Below, in pieces: positions 38,699 through 48,038 of a DNA stretch of 64,000 nt. The stretch covers positions 1,901-65,900 of the forward strand of contig CBIHOL010000011.1 of assembly GCA_966211905.1 (NCBI GenBank). The letters run 5' to 3'. The stretch comes from an uncultured bacterium (GTDB lineage Bacteria > Bacteroidota > Bacteroidia > B-17B0 > Aurantibacillaceae). The number at the start of each line of letters is the position of its first letter. Positions within the stretch are counted from its first letter, which is position 1. Made by a program: the position numbers and the translations under genes. The notes beneath the pieces were generated by a model. The model was not told the DNA's origin and did not search any database. It saw nothing but the letters and a program-made list of their open reading frames with translations.

Positions 38699-40122
38699 AA
38701 CCTGAAATAAATAAAAGGGTTAAAGTTGCTGGAGGCGATAGAAGCGATGGCCAGTGTAAAAAGAAGGCCGGTCAGAAGCAGGAATGCAGTAATAGTGAGT
38801 GGCTGATGTTTGGTGCTGTAATAGTTTTGCTGGATCGTTTTTCCAAGTTTAAATGATGCGAAAAAGGAGAACAGGATAGCCAGGAAAAAATAAAATAAAA
38901 ATTCGCTGTCTTTATATTGCACAGGTAATTCGCCTGTAAAGGAAAACAGCTTTCCTATGATCATGCCTGCCTGCGAAATGTTATCGCATCGGAATAAGAC
39001 CCATCCGAGGCAAACAAGAAAAAAAGTAATGGCTGTAGACATAAAGGCACCGATCGATTTGTATACCCTTGAAAGAAAGATCCTCTCCAGAACAAGAAGA
39101 GCTCCGTGCCATGCTCCCCACACCACAAAGGTCCACGCCGCTCCATGCCACAACCCGGATGCCAGGAAAACGATCCAGAGATTAAAATATAAACGCGTAG
39201 TACTATCAACCCTGTTTCCACCTAAAGGGATATATAAATAATTTCTCATCCAGTTGCCAAGAGTAATATGCCACCTTCTCCAGAACTCGGTGATGCTTTG
39301 GGAAGTATAGGGATTATTAAAATTTTCGGGAAAACGGAAACCAAACATTTGTCCCAGCCCGATTGCCATATCGCTGTAGCCGCTGAAGTCAAAATAGATC
39401 TGGAACGTATAGCTTAAAACTCCAAGCCATGCAGCTGCGGAGGTCAAAGTGGAAGGTTCGGCGTTAAATGTGAGATCGGCGTAATACGCCATTGTGTTGG
39501 CAATAAATACTTTTTTCGAAAGACCTGTCACGAATCTGAAAAAGCCACTGAACTTATTGTCGATGTTATCAGTGAGTGAACGGTCCGTAATCTGGTCTGC
39601 TATCTCATGGTACCTGATGATAGGGCCTGCAATAAGCTTGGGAAAGAGAATAATGTATAGCTGATAATGCCAGAAATTCTTGAGAGGGGCATGAACGCGG
39701 CGGTACACGTCAACAACATACGTAAGGCTTTCGAACGTGTAGAATGAGATACCAATAGGAAGAATAACTTCAAGAAGCTTTATTTCTTTTATCCCGGCGA
39801 ATGAAAGGACGGAGTTAAAGTTCTCAATAAAAAAATTGCAGTATTTAAAGTAGAATAAAAGACCCACGTTCATGCTTACCGAGAGGATCATGATGAGCTT
39901 TCTTTTACGGTCGTTCGTACTTTTGTCCATTTCCCGCACGAGGAAAAAGTCGAGAAAAGTGGTGCCCAGGATAACGAATATAAATCGTGGCGCACCCCAG
40001 CTATAAAAGATAATGCTGGCGATCAGCAGGTACGCGTTTCGGAATCGTCGCGGAGTGAAAATGTAAAGTAGCAGGACCAGTGGCAGGAAATAAACGAGAA
40101 ATAGAATGCTGCTGAAAACCAC
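38695..40122 (-). CDS. MBOAT-family membrane O-acyltransferase (AlgI/DltB-like)
   Basis: 475 aa and polytopic. Conserved blocks FSGYSDMAIGLGQMFGFRFPENFNNPY, FWRRWHITLGNWMRNYLYIPLGGNR and SGLWHGA. Confidence 0.85.
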   Translation of the reverse strand: MVFSSILFLVYFLPLVLLLYIFTPRRFRNAYLLIASIIFYSWGAPRFIFVILGTTFLDFFLVREMDKSTNDRKRKLIMILSVSMNVGLLFYFKYCNFFIENFNSVLSFAGIKEIKLLEVILPIGISFYTFESLTYVVDVYRRVHAPLKNFWHYQLYIILFPKLIAGPIIRYHEIADQITDRSLTDNIDNKFSGFFRFVTGLSKKVFIANTMAYYADLTFNAEPSTLTSAAAWLGVLSYTFQIYFDFSGYSDMAIGLGQMFGFRFPENFNNPYTSQSITEFWRRWHITLGNWMRNYLYIPLGGNRVDSTTRLYFNLWIVFLASGLWHGAAWTFVVWGAWHGALLVLERIFLSRVYKSIGAFMSTAITFFLVCLGWVLFRCDNISQAGMIIGKLFSFTGELPVQYKDSEFLFYFFLAILFSFFASFKLGKTIQQNYYSTKHQPLTITAFLLLTGLLFTLAIASIASSNFNPFIYFRF

Positions 40123-40222
40123 TAGTTATTTTGAAGCGAACTTAGAGAATTTTTTTAAGCTTCGAAAACATGCAAAGTGCGAAATGCTACAAAACACAGC
40201 AAGAAAACAGGCCGGGTTTATA

Positions 40223-40230
40223 TAGCTTTG
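40223..40230 (+). promoter_or_regulatory. Candidate -7 box (TAGCTTTG) upstream of dprA
   Basis: Matches TAnnTTTG, 19 nt upstream of the TTG start at 40250. Confidence 0.3.
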
Positions 40231-40249
40231 ATACACCCAAACTAAAAAA

Positions 40250-41356
40250 TTGACGGAAGAGTTATTATATCAGATCGGATTAATGATGATTGACGGCGTT
40301 GGCGATATTAATGCCAAGTCGCTGGTGGCTTACTGTGGAAGTGCATCCCAGGTATTCAGGCAAAACAAGGCGCATCTCGAAAAGATACCGGGAATAGGAA
40401 CGAGCTGCTCCAGGTCAATTCTCAATAATGCTAAAGTGCTTAAACGTGCCGAAGAAGAGATAAAATTTATAGAAAAATACAGGATAAAGCCCTTGTTTTT
40501 CACAGAAACTGATTATCCTTCGCGATTGCGTTATTGCAGCGATAGTCCTGCACTTCTTTATTACAAGGGTACCGCAAACCTGAACTGCGAGCGCGTTGTT
40601 GGAATTGTTGGCACTAGAAAACCCAGCGATTACGGCTGCTCTAAGACTGCGGAAATAATCCGGGACCTTTCCGGAACATCAATCATGGTAGTGAGCGGGC
40701 TTGCATACGGTGTCGATTACCTGGCCCATAAAAATGCTTTTTTACATGGACTTCCAACTGTTGGGGTGCTGGGGCACGGTCTCGATCGTATCTACCCTTC
40801 GGAACATACCAAGCTTGCAAAAAAAATGCTTTCGAACGGGGGACTGCTCACTGATTTTATGAGTGGCACCAATCCCGACGCTGTTAACTTCCCAAAAAGG
40901 AACAGGATCGTTGCAGGCATATGTGATGCGCTGGTAGTTATTGAGAGTAAAAGAACGGGGGGAAGCCTGATTACTGCCACAATTGCAAATAGCTATAATA
41001 AGGACGTATTTGCGGTTCCTGGCAGGGCGGGTGATGTTCTTGCAGAAGGATGTAACGGGCTGATTAAACGCAACCGGGCCGCAATGATCGAGAATGCGGA
41101 AGACCTGCTTTTTGCCATGCAGTGGCAGGAAGAAAAAGAAAGAAAAAAAAGCTCGCCACAAATACCCCTGCAGGTTAACCTTACTGATGACGAAAAAAAG
41201 ATCATAGAGTTGCTCAAGGAAAAAACAGCTTCACACATAGACGAAATATGCAGCGGGGCGGGGCAGCCCGTAAGTAAGGTCTCGGCCTTACTGTTGCAGC
41301 TTGAGTTCAGTAACCTGGTAAAAAGCAAACCCGGTAAGATGTATGCCCTGGCCTGA
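40250..41356 (+). CDS. dprA: DNA-processing protein A
   Basis: 368 aa with a SAM-like N-terminus (IDGVGDINAKSL), a Rossmann-like core (IVGTRKPSDYG..., SGLAYGVDYLAHKNA, GGLLTDF) and a C-terminal winged-helix tail. Confidence 0.85.
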   Translation: MTEELLYQIGLMMIDGVGDINAKSLVAYCGSASQVFRQNKAHLEKIPGIGTSCSRSILNNAKVLKRAEEEIKFIEKYRIKPLFFTETDYPSRLRYCSDSPALLYYKGTANLNCERVVGIVGTRKPSDYGCSKTAEIIRDLSGTSIMVVSGLAYGVDYLAHKNAFLHGLPTVGVLGHGLDRIYPSEHTKLAKKMLSNGGLLTDFMSGTNPDAVNFPKRNRIVAGICDALVVIESKRTGGSLITATIANSYNKDVFAVPGRAGDVLAEGCNGLIKRNRAAMIENAEDLLFAMQWQEEKERKKSSPQIPLQVNLTDDEKKIIELLKEKTASHIDEICSGAGQPVSKVSALLLQLEFSNLVKSKPGKMYALA

Positions 41357-42046
41357 TCAAGGCCTGTAGCTATAAATAAGCGCTTCCGTATACCACCTCG
41401 TTTTTAGCTTGCTTACCAGGGTGATGCTCTTATCGCTAAAGGGTGCGGGGAAAAGAGGGTTCATGTAAATAAACCAGGTTTCCTTTTGGGCTGTAGAAGT
41501 TATTGAATGCAATACCTGTTTCAGAACCGCTTCACTGAATGGATTAAAAAGAAAATAAACCGTCGATCCCGGCCTGTAATGATATTCAAGTGCATTGGCA
41601 TGCTCGAACAGAAAAACAGAGTCAGGCCTTCTTAATTTGTAACGGTTCACATTAGTATTTGCATCGGCAAGCAGTTCTTTGTCAATTTCAATTCCGGTGC
41701 ACACGTCAAAGCCGCAATGTTCCGCAACAAAAACTGCACGGCCTTTACCACAGCCTATGTCGAAAAACTCAAATTTTTTTACCTGTTGGGGCAGGCTGTT
41801 AAAGATGCGGAACAACACACGATAAGATGCTCCCTGGTAGTGAAAGAAATCGGGAGATGAACTTTTTTTAAGGGAGGAAGTGCGGATGCCGAAAAAGTTT
41901 TCGTAGCGGCTTTCGTCCTTTAACATGAGCCAGGAGTTAAGAATTCCCCTAAGAGTGATAGAACGCAGGATATACCAGCCGGTGATAAGGATTTTCAACT
42001 TTATTGTATTTCGTATGTACGCTAAAATTAATACCTTCATGTGCAT
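41357..42046 (-). CDS. Class I SAM-dependent methyltransferase
   Basis: Motif I FFDIGCGKGRAVF. Only 23 nt separate its start from the divergent relA/spoT start, so the start codon is uncertain; alternatives are the ATG at 42040 or the ATG at 41926 (MLKDESRY...). Confidence 0.6.
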   Translation of the reverse strand: MHMKVLILAYIRNTIKLKILITGWYILRSITLRGILNSWLMLKDESRYENFFGIRTSSLKKSSSPDFFHYQGASYRVLFRIFNSLPQQVKKFEFFDIGCGKGRAVFVAEHCGFDVCTGIEIDKELLADANTNVNRYKLRRPDSVFLFEHANALEYHYRPGSTVYFLFNPFSEAVLKQVLHSITSTAQKETWFIYMNPLFPAPFSDKSITLVSKLKTRWYTEALIYSYRP

Positions 42047-42069
42047 ATTTCTAATAATAGTTTCTCACT

Positions 42070-44268
42070 ATGCAAATTGACCTGGAAGCGGAAAGAAAAG
42101 AGATTCTAAACCGATACAAACTTTTATTAAAAGCATGCAAACGCCGTCTCGAAAAAGGAGACAAGGAAGTAGTCCGCAAGGCGTTTGAAGTAGCCGTGGA
42201 AGCGCATAAGGAAATGCGTCGCAAAAGCGGTGAACCGTACATCTACCATCCTATTGCGGTAGCCATGATCTGCGCTGAAGAGATTGGTTTGGGCATCACC
42301 GGCATTGTTTGCGCACTTCTTCACGATACAGTAGAAGATACCGATCTTACACTCGAGGATATTAAAGGGCTGTTCGGAGAAAAAGTGTCCCAGATCATCG
42401 ACGGACTTACCAAGATCTCCGGCGTAATAGACAATACCTCTTCTATCCAGGCAGAGAATTTCAGGAAAGTGCTCCTTACTATGAGCGAGGACATAAGGGT
42501 GATCCTTATTAAACTTGCCGATCGCCTTCACAACATGCGCACGCTTGATCACATGAAACGTGACAAGCAGATCAAGATAGCCAGCGAAACTTTGTTCCTT
42601 TACGCTCCTCTCGCTCACAGGCTGGGCCTTAACACTATCAAGACCGAACTAGAAGACCTCGGGCTGAAATACACTGATTCGGAAGCCTATTATGAAATTG
42701 CCAGCAAACTACAGGAAAGTCAACCCGAAAGAAAACGCTTTATACAGAAATTCATTGAGCCGTTGAAGGAGATCCTTGCAGAACAGGGGTTCAAATTCAA
42801 GATCTTTGGTCGTCCGAAATCCATCTTCAGTATTTACAATAAGATCTCCACCAAACACGTTTCGTTTGAAGAGATCTATGATCTGTTTGCAATTCGTATT
42901 GTTATCGACACTCCGTTTGAGCAGGAAAAAAGTGATTGCTGGAAAGTATATTCCATTATTACCGATTTTTATCACCCAAGTCCCGAGCGGCTGCGCGACT
43001 GGATCAGCACCCCTAAAAGCAACGGTTACGAAAGCTTGCATACCACTGTAATGGGTCCCGAGGGAAAATGGGTTGAAGTGCAGATCCGTACCACGCGAAT
43101 GGATGATCTTGCAGAGAACGGTTATGCGGCGCACTGGAAATACAAGGACAGTGCCGCAGAAAAAGAAAGCAAGCTCGAGAGCTGGTTGTTGAGGATCCGC
43201 GACATGCTTGAAAATCCCGATCCGAATGCGTTAGAGTTCATTGATGATTTTAAGCTGAATCTGTTCAGCGACGAGATGTTTGTGTTCACTCCCAAAGGCG
43301 ACATGAAGACTCTGCCTGTGGGAGCAACAGCCCTTGACTTTGCATTTGAGATCCACACAAAAGTGGGCGAGCATTGCATTGGTGCCAAGGTAAATCACAA
43401 GCTGGTGCCCCTAAGCCATGAACTGGCAAGCGGTGATCAGGTTGAAGTGTTAACAAGCAGCAAACAGTCTCCAAAAGACGACTGGCTCAATTACGTGATC
43501 ACGGCCAAAGCAAAGTCAAAGATCAAGAATGTTCTCAAAGACCAGCGTAAAAAAGTGGCGGAGGAAGGCAAGGAAGTAATGCACCGGAAATTTGACCGGA
43601 ACAAGATAGAATTTACCAGTCAAAATATAAACGAGTTCTGCAATTTCCTGAAATTACCCTCCTCGCAGGAGCTATTTTACCGGGCGGCTCTTGGCAACGT
43701 CGACAATAAAGAGATCCGCGAATTTTTAAAATACAGGGAATCCCCTTCAAAACATAAAAAACAGGAAGGAGCCAAGATCGAGCAGCTTGTTACAAGTGCC
43801 AGGGGAAAAACCGACATGCTTGTTATTGGCGATGATCTTCAAAAGCTCGATTACAAATTATCGCCTTGCTGTAACCCCATTCCCGGCGACGACGTTTTTG
43901 GCTTCATTACAATTGGAGAAGGTATCAAGATTCACCGTGTAAATTGCCCTAACGCCATTAAGTTATTATCCAACTATGCGTACCGTGTTGTGAAGGCCAA
44001 ATGGGTGAACGATCAGCTGATCTCTTTCCTGGCGGGACTTAAAATCACAGGAACTGACGAGCTGGGAATCGTGAATAATATTACTGCCATTATTTCAAAT
44101 GAGAACAACGTGAATATGCGTTCTATTAATTTTGACACGGATGATGGAATGTTTGAGGGTACGATCATGATCTATGTGCACGACACGAAACATCTTAGTC
44201 ACCTGATAGATAATCTCAAAAAAGTAAAAGGTATTAACCGGGTTGAAAGGATCGCTGAAAAGTACTGA
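42070..44268 (+). CDS. spoT: Bifunctional (p)ppGpp synthetase/hydrolase (RelA/SpoT homolog)
   Basis: 732 aa. HD hydrolase motif LLHDTVEDT, synthetase block GRPKSIFSIYNKI...DLFAIRIV, a TGS domain (VFTPKGDMKTLPVGATALDFAFEIH) and a C-terminal ACT-like domain. Confidence 0.9.
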   Translation: MQIDLEAERKEILNRYKLLLKACKRRLEKGDKEVVRKAFEVAVEAHKEMRRKSGEPYIYHPIAVAMICAEEIGLGITGIVCALLHDTVEDTDLTLEDIKGLFGEKVSQIIDGLTKISGVIDNTSSIQAENFRKVLLTMSEDIRVILIKLADRLHNMRTLDHMKRDKQIKIASETLFLYAPLAHRLGLNTIKTELEDLGLKYTDSEAYYEIASKLQESQPERKRFIQKFIEPLKEILAEQGFKFKIFGRPKSIFSIYNKISTKHVSFEEIYDLFAIRIVIDTPFEQEKSDCWKVYSIITDFYHPSPERLRDWISTPKSNGYESLHTTVMGPEGKWVEVQIRTTRMDDLAENGYAAHWKYKDSAAEKESKLESWLLRIRDMLENPDPNALEFIDDFKLNLFSDEMFVFTPKGDMKTLPVGATALDFAFEIHTKVGEHCIGAKVNHKLVPLSHELASGDQVEVLTSSKQSPKDDWLNYVITAKAKSKIKNVLKDQRKKVAEEGKEVMHRKFDRNKIEFTSQNINEFCNFLKLPSSQELFYRAALGNVDNKEIREFLKYRESPSKHKKQEGAKIEQLVTSARGKTDMLVIGDDLQKLDYKLSPCCNPIPGDDVFGFITIGEGIKIHRVNCPNAIKLLSNYAYRVVKAKWVNDQLISFLAGLKITGTDELGIVNNITAIISNENNVNMRSINFDTDDGMFEGTIMIYVHDTKHLSHLIDNLKKVKGINRVERIAEKY

Positions 44269-44823
44269 TCAGCGGATCTCCCTTTGTTTTATTTTCCTGG
44301 CAGGATTTCCCTGGTAGATCCACCCGCTTTCGAGGGAAGAAGTTGCGATGCTTCCAACGGTTAACAGCGAATGAGCTCCCAATCGCACCCCGGGGCAAAC
44401 CACTGTTTTAGCGCCCGCCCACGCGCCCTCCTCAAGGGTGATCTCCGCCACCAGGAGATCAAAGGTGCTTTTGCGGTAGTTATGGTTGCCGCATAATAAT
44501 AAGGCGCCCTGTGAAACGCAGCTATTATTCTTCAGAGTTACCTTCGCGAGGTTGTCTATCCACACGTCCTCACCGATCCACACGTGAGAGCCTGTTTCAA
44601 GATGCCAGGGATATTTAATTGAAACATGTGGCTTTATGATCAGACCCTTTCCGATCTTCGCTCCAAACATCCGGAGCAGCGTGCGCTTTATTCCATAGAA
44701 GGGAAAAAAAGAACGAAAGAACAGTAAGTTCACTATATACCATAACATTCTTACAGCTACGTTTCGTCCGGGCTTGTACCAATCATTATTAAAGGTGGAA
44801 AGATCAGTGCCCTGCGCTGTCAT
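44269..44823 (-). CDS. Hexapeptide-repeat acetyltransferase (WcaF-like)
   Basis: 184 aa. N-terminus NNDWYKPGRNVAVRMLWYIVN, left-handed beta-helix repeats and a C-terminal IYQGNPARKIK. Confidence 0.75.
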   Translation of the reverse strand: MTAQGTDLSTFNNDWYKPGRNVAVRMLWYIVNLLFFRSFFPFYGIKRTLLRMFGAKIGKGLIIKPHVSIKYPWHLETGSHVWIGEDVWIDNLAKVTLKNNSCVSQGALLLCGNHNYRKSTFDLLVAEITLEEGAWAGAKTVVCPGVRLGAHSLLTVGSIATSSLESGWIYQGNPARKIKQREIR

Positions 44824-45958
44824 TGAAGAGTTTTTTGTAAAGTTGAACTATCCCCGGGAGGTCTATTTTTTTGCTAATATAATTATTTGCCGCTTCACTC
44901 CTGGCTGCAAACTGCACCTGATCCTCGGCGGCAAGCGCAGTCAAAGCTTCCAAGAAGTTGCTGATGTTTGTAAGTGGTAATGCAAAACCGGCATTATAAT
45001 TTTCAAGGTCGTTCCAGGGAGTCTGATCGCTGATCACCACAGGACAACCACACAGCAGACTTTCTACAATGGAATGACCGTAGTTTTCGTTGAGCGTAGG
45101 TAAAAATAACACATTGTATTTGCTGATAACCTGTGGCACTTCATCAAAGGGGATCTCTCCGCGGAACTGTACTTTTATATGAGGAGGGAGGCGGGAAATG
45201 ACGGACATGCACCTGTCGCGGTATTCTGCATCTTCTGTGTTTCCGTAAATATCGTAGTCGATGCTTATTGAAGGGGGCATCATCTCCAGCACCTCAAGTG
45301 CGAAGTGCAGGTTCTTTACAACGCTTATTCTTGAAAGGAAAAAAAGCTTCAGATGATTTGGCTTTTTAACGCTTGAATTTTTTGTCGGTGCAGTGGCATT
45401 GATGTTGGGGGCCGTCATTATTTTCACTGAAGGAAAAACATCCAGGATATCTTTTTGCTCCTGCAATTGCGTGGCATGAAAGATAACATGTTTGTACCAC
45501 CCGAATATTTTTGCTGTTTTAATAAAGATCTTTTTTTTCAGTGCCTTCAGGCCAAGCGCTCCTTTACCCAGCATGCCTCTGGGTGCCAGTAAAACAGGCG
45601 TGCGCAGCGTTTTTGTGGAGGCAGCGCGTACCACCTGGATCGAAAATAAAAAAGACCAGAAACTGTTCGTATAAATAAGGTCAGGAGCTATTTCGTTCAG
45701 CAGGCTGAATAAATTCTCTTTGCTTAAACGGTCCCTGCTGAAATAATAATAATGCACACCGTCCTTTTCTATCAGCTCATTTGCCCTCACGTCCGTGTAA
45801 GCGTCGGCACTGCCGAGGTCGGTGTTAACAGTGATCACATAAAATTCATATTCGGTCCGCAGCAGATTTAATAATGAATATACCGATCGCACCGGGCCTC
45901 CTGCCCTGGTACCGGGCAGATACCAATCGATCAGCACCGCTATCCTGAGCTTTTTCAA
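44804..45958 (-). CDS. Glycosyltransferase, GT4/GT-B fold
   Basis: 384 aa. N-terminus IAVLIDWYLPGTRAGGPVRS and the C-terminal GT1/GT4 signature LFLPTLNENYGHSIVESLLCGCPVVISD. The TTG start overlaps the cinA stop. Confidence 0.8.
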   Translation of the reverse strand: MKKLRIAVLIDWYLPGTRAGGPVRSVYSLLNLLRTEYEFYVITVNTDLGSADAYTDVRANELIEKDGVHYYYFSRDRLSKENLFSLLNEIAPDLIYTNSFWSFLFSIQVVRAASTKTLRTPVLLAPRGMLGKGALGLKALKKKIFIKTAKIFGWYKHVIFHATQLQEQKDILDVFPSVKIMTAPNINATAPTKNSSVKKPNHLKLFFLSRISVVKNLHFALEVLEMMPPSISIDYDIYGNTEDAEYRDRCMSVISRLPPHIKVQFRGEIPFDEVPQVISKYNVLFLPTLNENYGHSIVESLLCGCPVVISDQTPWNDLENYNAGFALPLTNISNFLEALTALAAEDQVQFAARSEAANNYISKKIDLPGIVQLYKKLFNDSAGH

Positions 45959-47208
45959 ATAATGAATTTTCGAAGCATGTTAATGGCAGCGTTCGCTGTC
46001 ATAATAATATTCTGCTCACGCTGATCGCCGAATTGAAATTTTTTGGCCAGTACTTTTTCATGATCTGCCACAGCTACCCATACTGTACCTACGGGCTTTT
46101 CGGGGGTGCCGCCGGTTGGACCTGCAATGCCTGAGATCGAGATGGAATAATCACTTTCAAATTCGATCCTCGCATTTTTGGCTAGCTCCTCCACGCATTC
46201 CTGGCTGACAGCGCCCACCGTTTCAAAAACAGTGCGTTCTACGTTGAGCAGGTAGTTTTTTGCAGTGTTGGTATACGGCACAACTGCTCCCTTAAAAATC
46301 TCTGATGCTCCTGGTATGGCTGTAAACAATGAAGATACATACCCACCTGTGCAGCTTTCTGCCAGTGATAATGTTTTTTTACGGCTTCGTAAAAGGTCGC
46401 TTACGACCTTTGCCAGCGATGGTGGCTCTTCTCCGTACTCTTCGTAGGCATAGATAAATTTTCCTATCAGCTCCTGCAACGTTTTAACTTCCTCGTCAAC
46501 GTTTTTACGGATCAGATCAGCATCATGACCGTACGAGGACAAACGAAGTCTCACAATGCCCGGTGAGGGCAGATATGCAAGTTTTATATTCCTGGCAGGA
46601 AGCGCATCTTCCCATTTTTCTATTATCTCAGCGAGCGCGCTTTCTCCAATTCCCTGGGTGAGAATGGTCCGGTGGTAGATTAATGGTAAGGTGAATTCAG
46701 CTCTTATTTTTGGAAGGATAACCGCCTTCATCATTCCTTTCATTTCTGAAGGCACGCCTGGCATACTTATAAAAACAGTGTTTTCTTTTTTGAGCCACAT
46801 GCCCGGGGCGGTGCCGGTGAGATTGCGCACAACAAAACAACCTTCAGGAACTTCCGCCTGACGACGATTCACTTCGGTGAACGGACGGCCACGTTTAGTG
46901 AAAAAGGCCTCTACATCGAGCAATGTTTGCTTGTCTGTTACCAATGGTTTATTGAGGAACCTGGCCAGGGTGGCTTTTGTGATATCGTCGCGGGTGGGCC
47001 CGAGACCACCGGTTATAAAAACAAAATCTGCACGTTTCTGCGCACTGATGAGTGATTCGGTTATTGCCGCGGCTTCATCAGGAACACTCGACATGTGAAT
47101 CACCCGCACTCCGATAAGATTTAATTGCTGAGCGATCCAGACAGTGTTGGTGTTGGTTATCTGGCCTATGAGGATCTCATCTCCGATACTGATTATTTCC
47201 GCTGTCAT
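45955..47208 (-). CDS. cinA: CinA-family competence/damage-inducible protein (MoCF-binding domain plus NMN amidohydrolase domain)
   Basis: MTAEIISIGDEILIGQITNTN...ITGGLGPTRDDITK at the N-terminus. C-terminal PncC-like LSLAESCTGGYV...GISGIAGPTGG. Start taken at Met18 of the track ORF. Confidence 0.85.
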   Translation of the reverse strand: MTAEIISIGDEILIGQITNTNTVWIAQQLNLIGVRVIHMSSVPDEAAAITESLISAQKRADFVFITGGLGPTRDDITKATLARFLNKPLVTDKQTLLDVEAFFTKRGRPFTEVNRRQAEVPEGCFVVRNLTGTAPGMWLKKENTVFISMPGVPSEMKGMMKAVILPKIRAEFTLPLIYHRTILTQGIGESALAEIIEKWEDALPARNIKLAYLPSPGIVRLRLSSYGHDADLIRKNVDEEVKTLQELIGKFIYAYEEYGEEPPSLAKVVSDLLRSRKKTLSLAESCTGGYVSSLFTAIPGASEIFKGAVVPYTNTAKNYLLNVERTVFETVGAVSQECVEELAKNARIEFESDYSISISGIAGPTGGTPEKPVGTVWVAVADHEKVLAKKFQFGDQREQNIIMTANAAINMLRKFII

Positions 47209-47315
47209 AGACTGTATTTCAGGATTTGAAATTAGACAATTTGTTGGGCGCAATAACAATTTTTAGGTATAAATTATACCCATGTATAAGTACATTTAGC
47301 CGAAAGTACCTAAGT

Positions 47316-48035
47316 ATGAAATTTATTATAAGCGCACTGCTTCTGTTATCCTTGGTTTCCTGCAATACACAAATGGAGGGTATCCTCAAAAACGGTGGCA
47401 TCCCCGGCACCGGTAGTTCTACAACACCTCTGAGCAATGAAGAGGTCATTCGTGGATTAAAGGAAGCTTTGACAGTAGGTACAAACAATTCTTCAAGTCT
47501 GGCAGGAAAGCTTGATGGGTTTTACAAAAATCCGCGGTTATTCATCCCCTGGCCTGCAGAAGCGCAAAAAATGAAAGAAAAGTTGCTGGCACTTGGTTTT
47601 CAAAAACAGATAGAAGAATTTGAATTGAGCCTTAACCGTGCTGCAGAAGAAGCTGCCCTTAACGCCTCTCCGGTGTTTGTTGATGCAATTAAAAACATGA
47701 GCGTACAGGACGGCTTTGCCATTCTGAGAGGAACAGACACCGCCGCTACCAATTACCTGAGAAGGACCACGTATACACCGCTTGAGCAGAAGTTCAGGCC
47801 CGTGGTAAAAGAAGCAATAGACAAGGTAAATGTAACGTCTTACTGGAATCCATTAGTTACCACTTATAATATGATCCCCGGGGTTAAAAAACAAAATCCT
47901 GACCTGGATAGTTACGTGACAAATAAAGCTATTAATGGATTAATGCTCCTGATCGCAGATGAAGAGGTAAAGATCCGCAGGAATCCCGCAGCAAGGGTTA
48001 CTGACCTCCTGAAAAAGGTGTTCGGACAACCTTAA
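47316..48035 (+). CDS. DUF4197-type lipoprotein (function unknown)
   Basis: Start moved to the ATG at 47316, which gives the lipoprotein signal MKFIISALLLLSLVSCN. Body pattern LSNEEVIRGLKEAL...FAILRG...AATNYL...YVTNKAINGL. Confidence 0.6.
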   Translation: MKFIISALLLLSLVSCNTQMEGILKNGGIPGTGSSTTPLSNEEVIRGLKEALTVGTNNSSSLAGKLDGFYKNPRLFIPWPAEAQKMKEKLLALGFQKQIEEFELSLNRAAEEAALNASPVFVDAIKNMSVQDGFAILRGTDTAATNYLRRTTYTPLEQKFRPVVKEAIDKVNVTSYWNPLVTTYNMIPGVKKQNPDLDSYVTNKAINGLMLLIADEEVKIRRNPAARVTDLLKKVFGQP

Positions 48036-48038
48036 ATG

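Noticed and set aside
42047-42069. A 23-nt divergent spacer between the methyltransferase and relA/spoT, considered as a shared bidirectional regulatory element
   Set aside because: It is too short to hold two promoters and contains no TAnnTTTG box on either strand. It more likely reflects promoters embedded in coding sequence or an over-extended methyltransferase start (alternative ATGs at 42040 and 41926).
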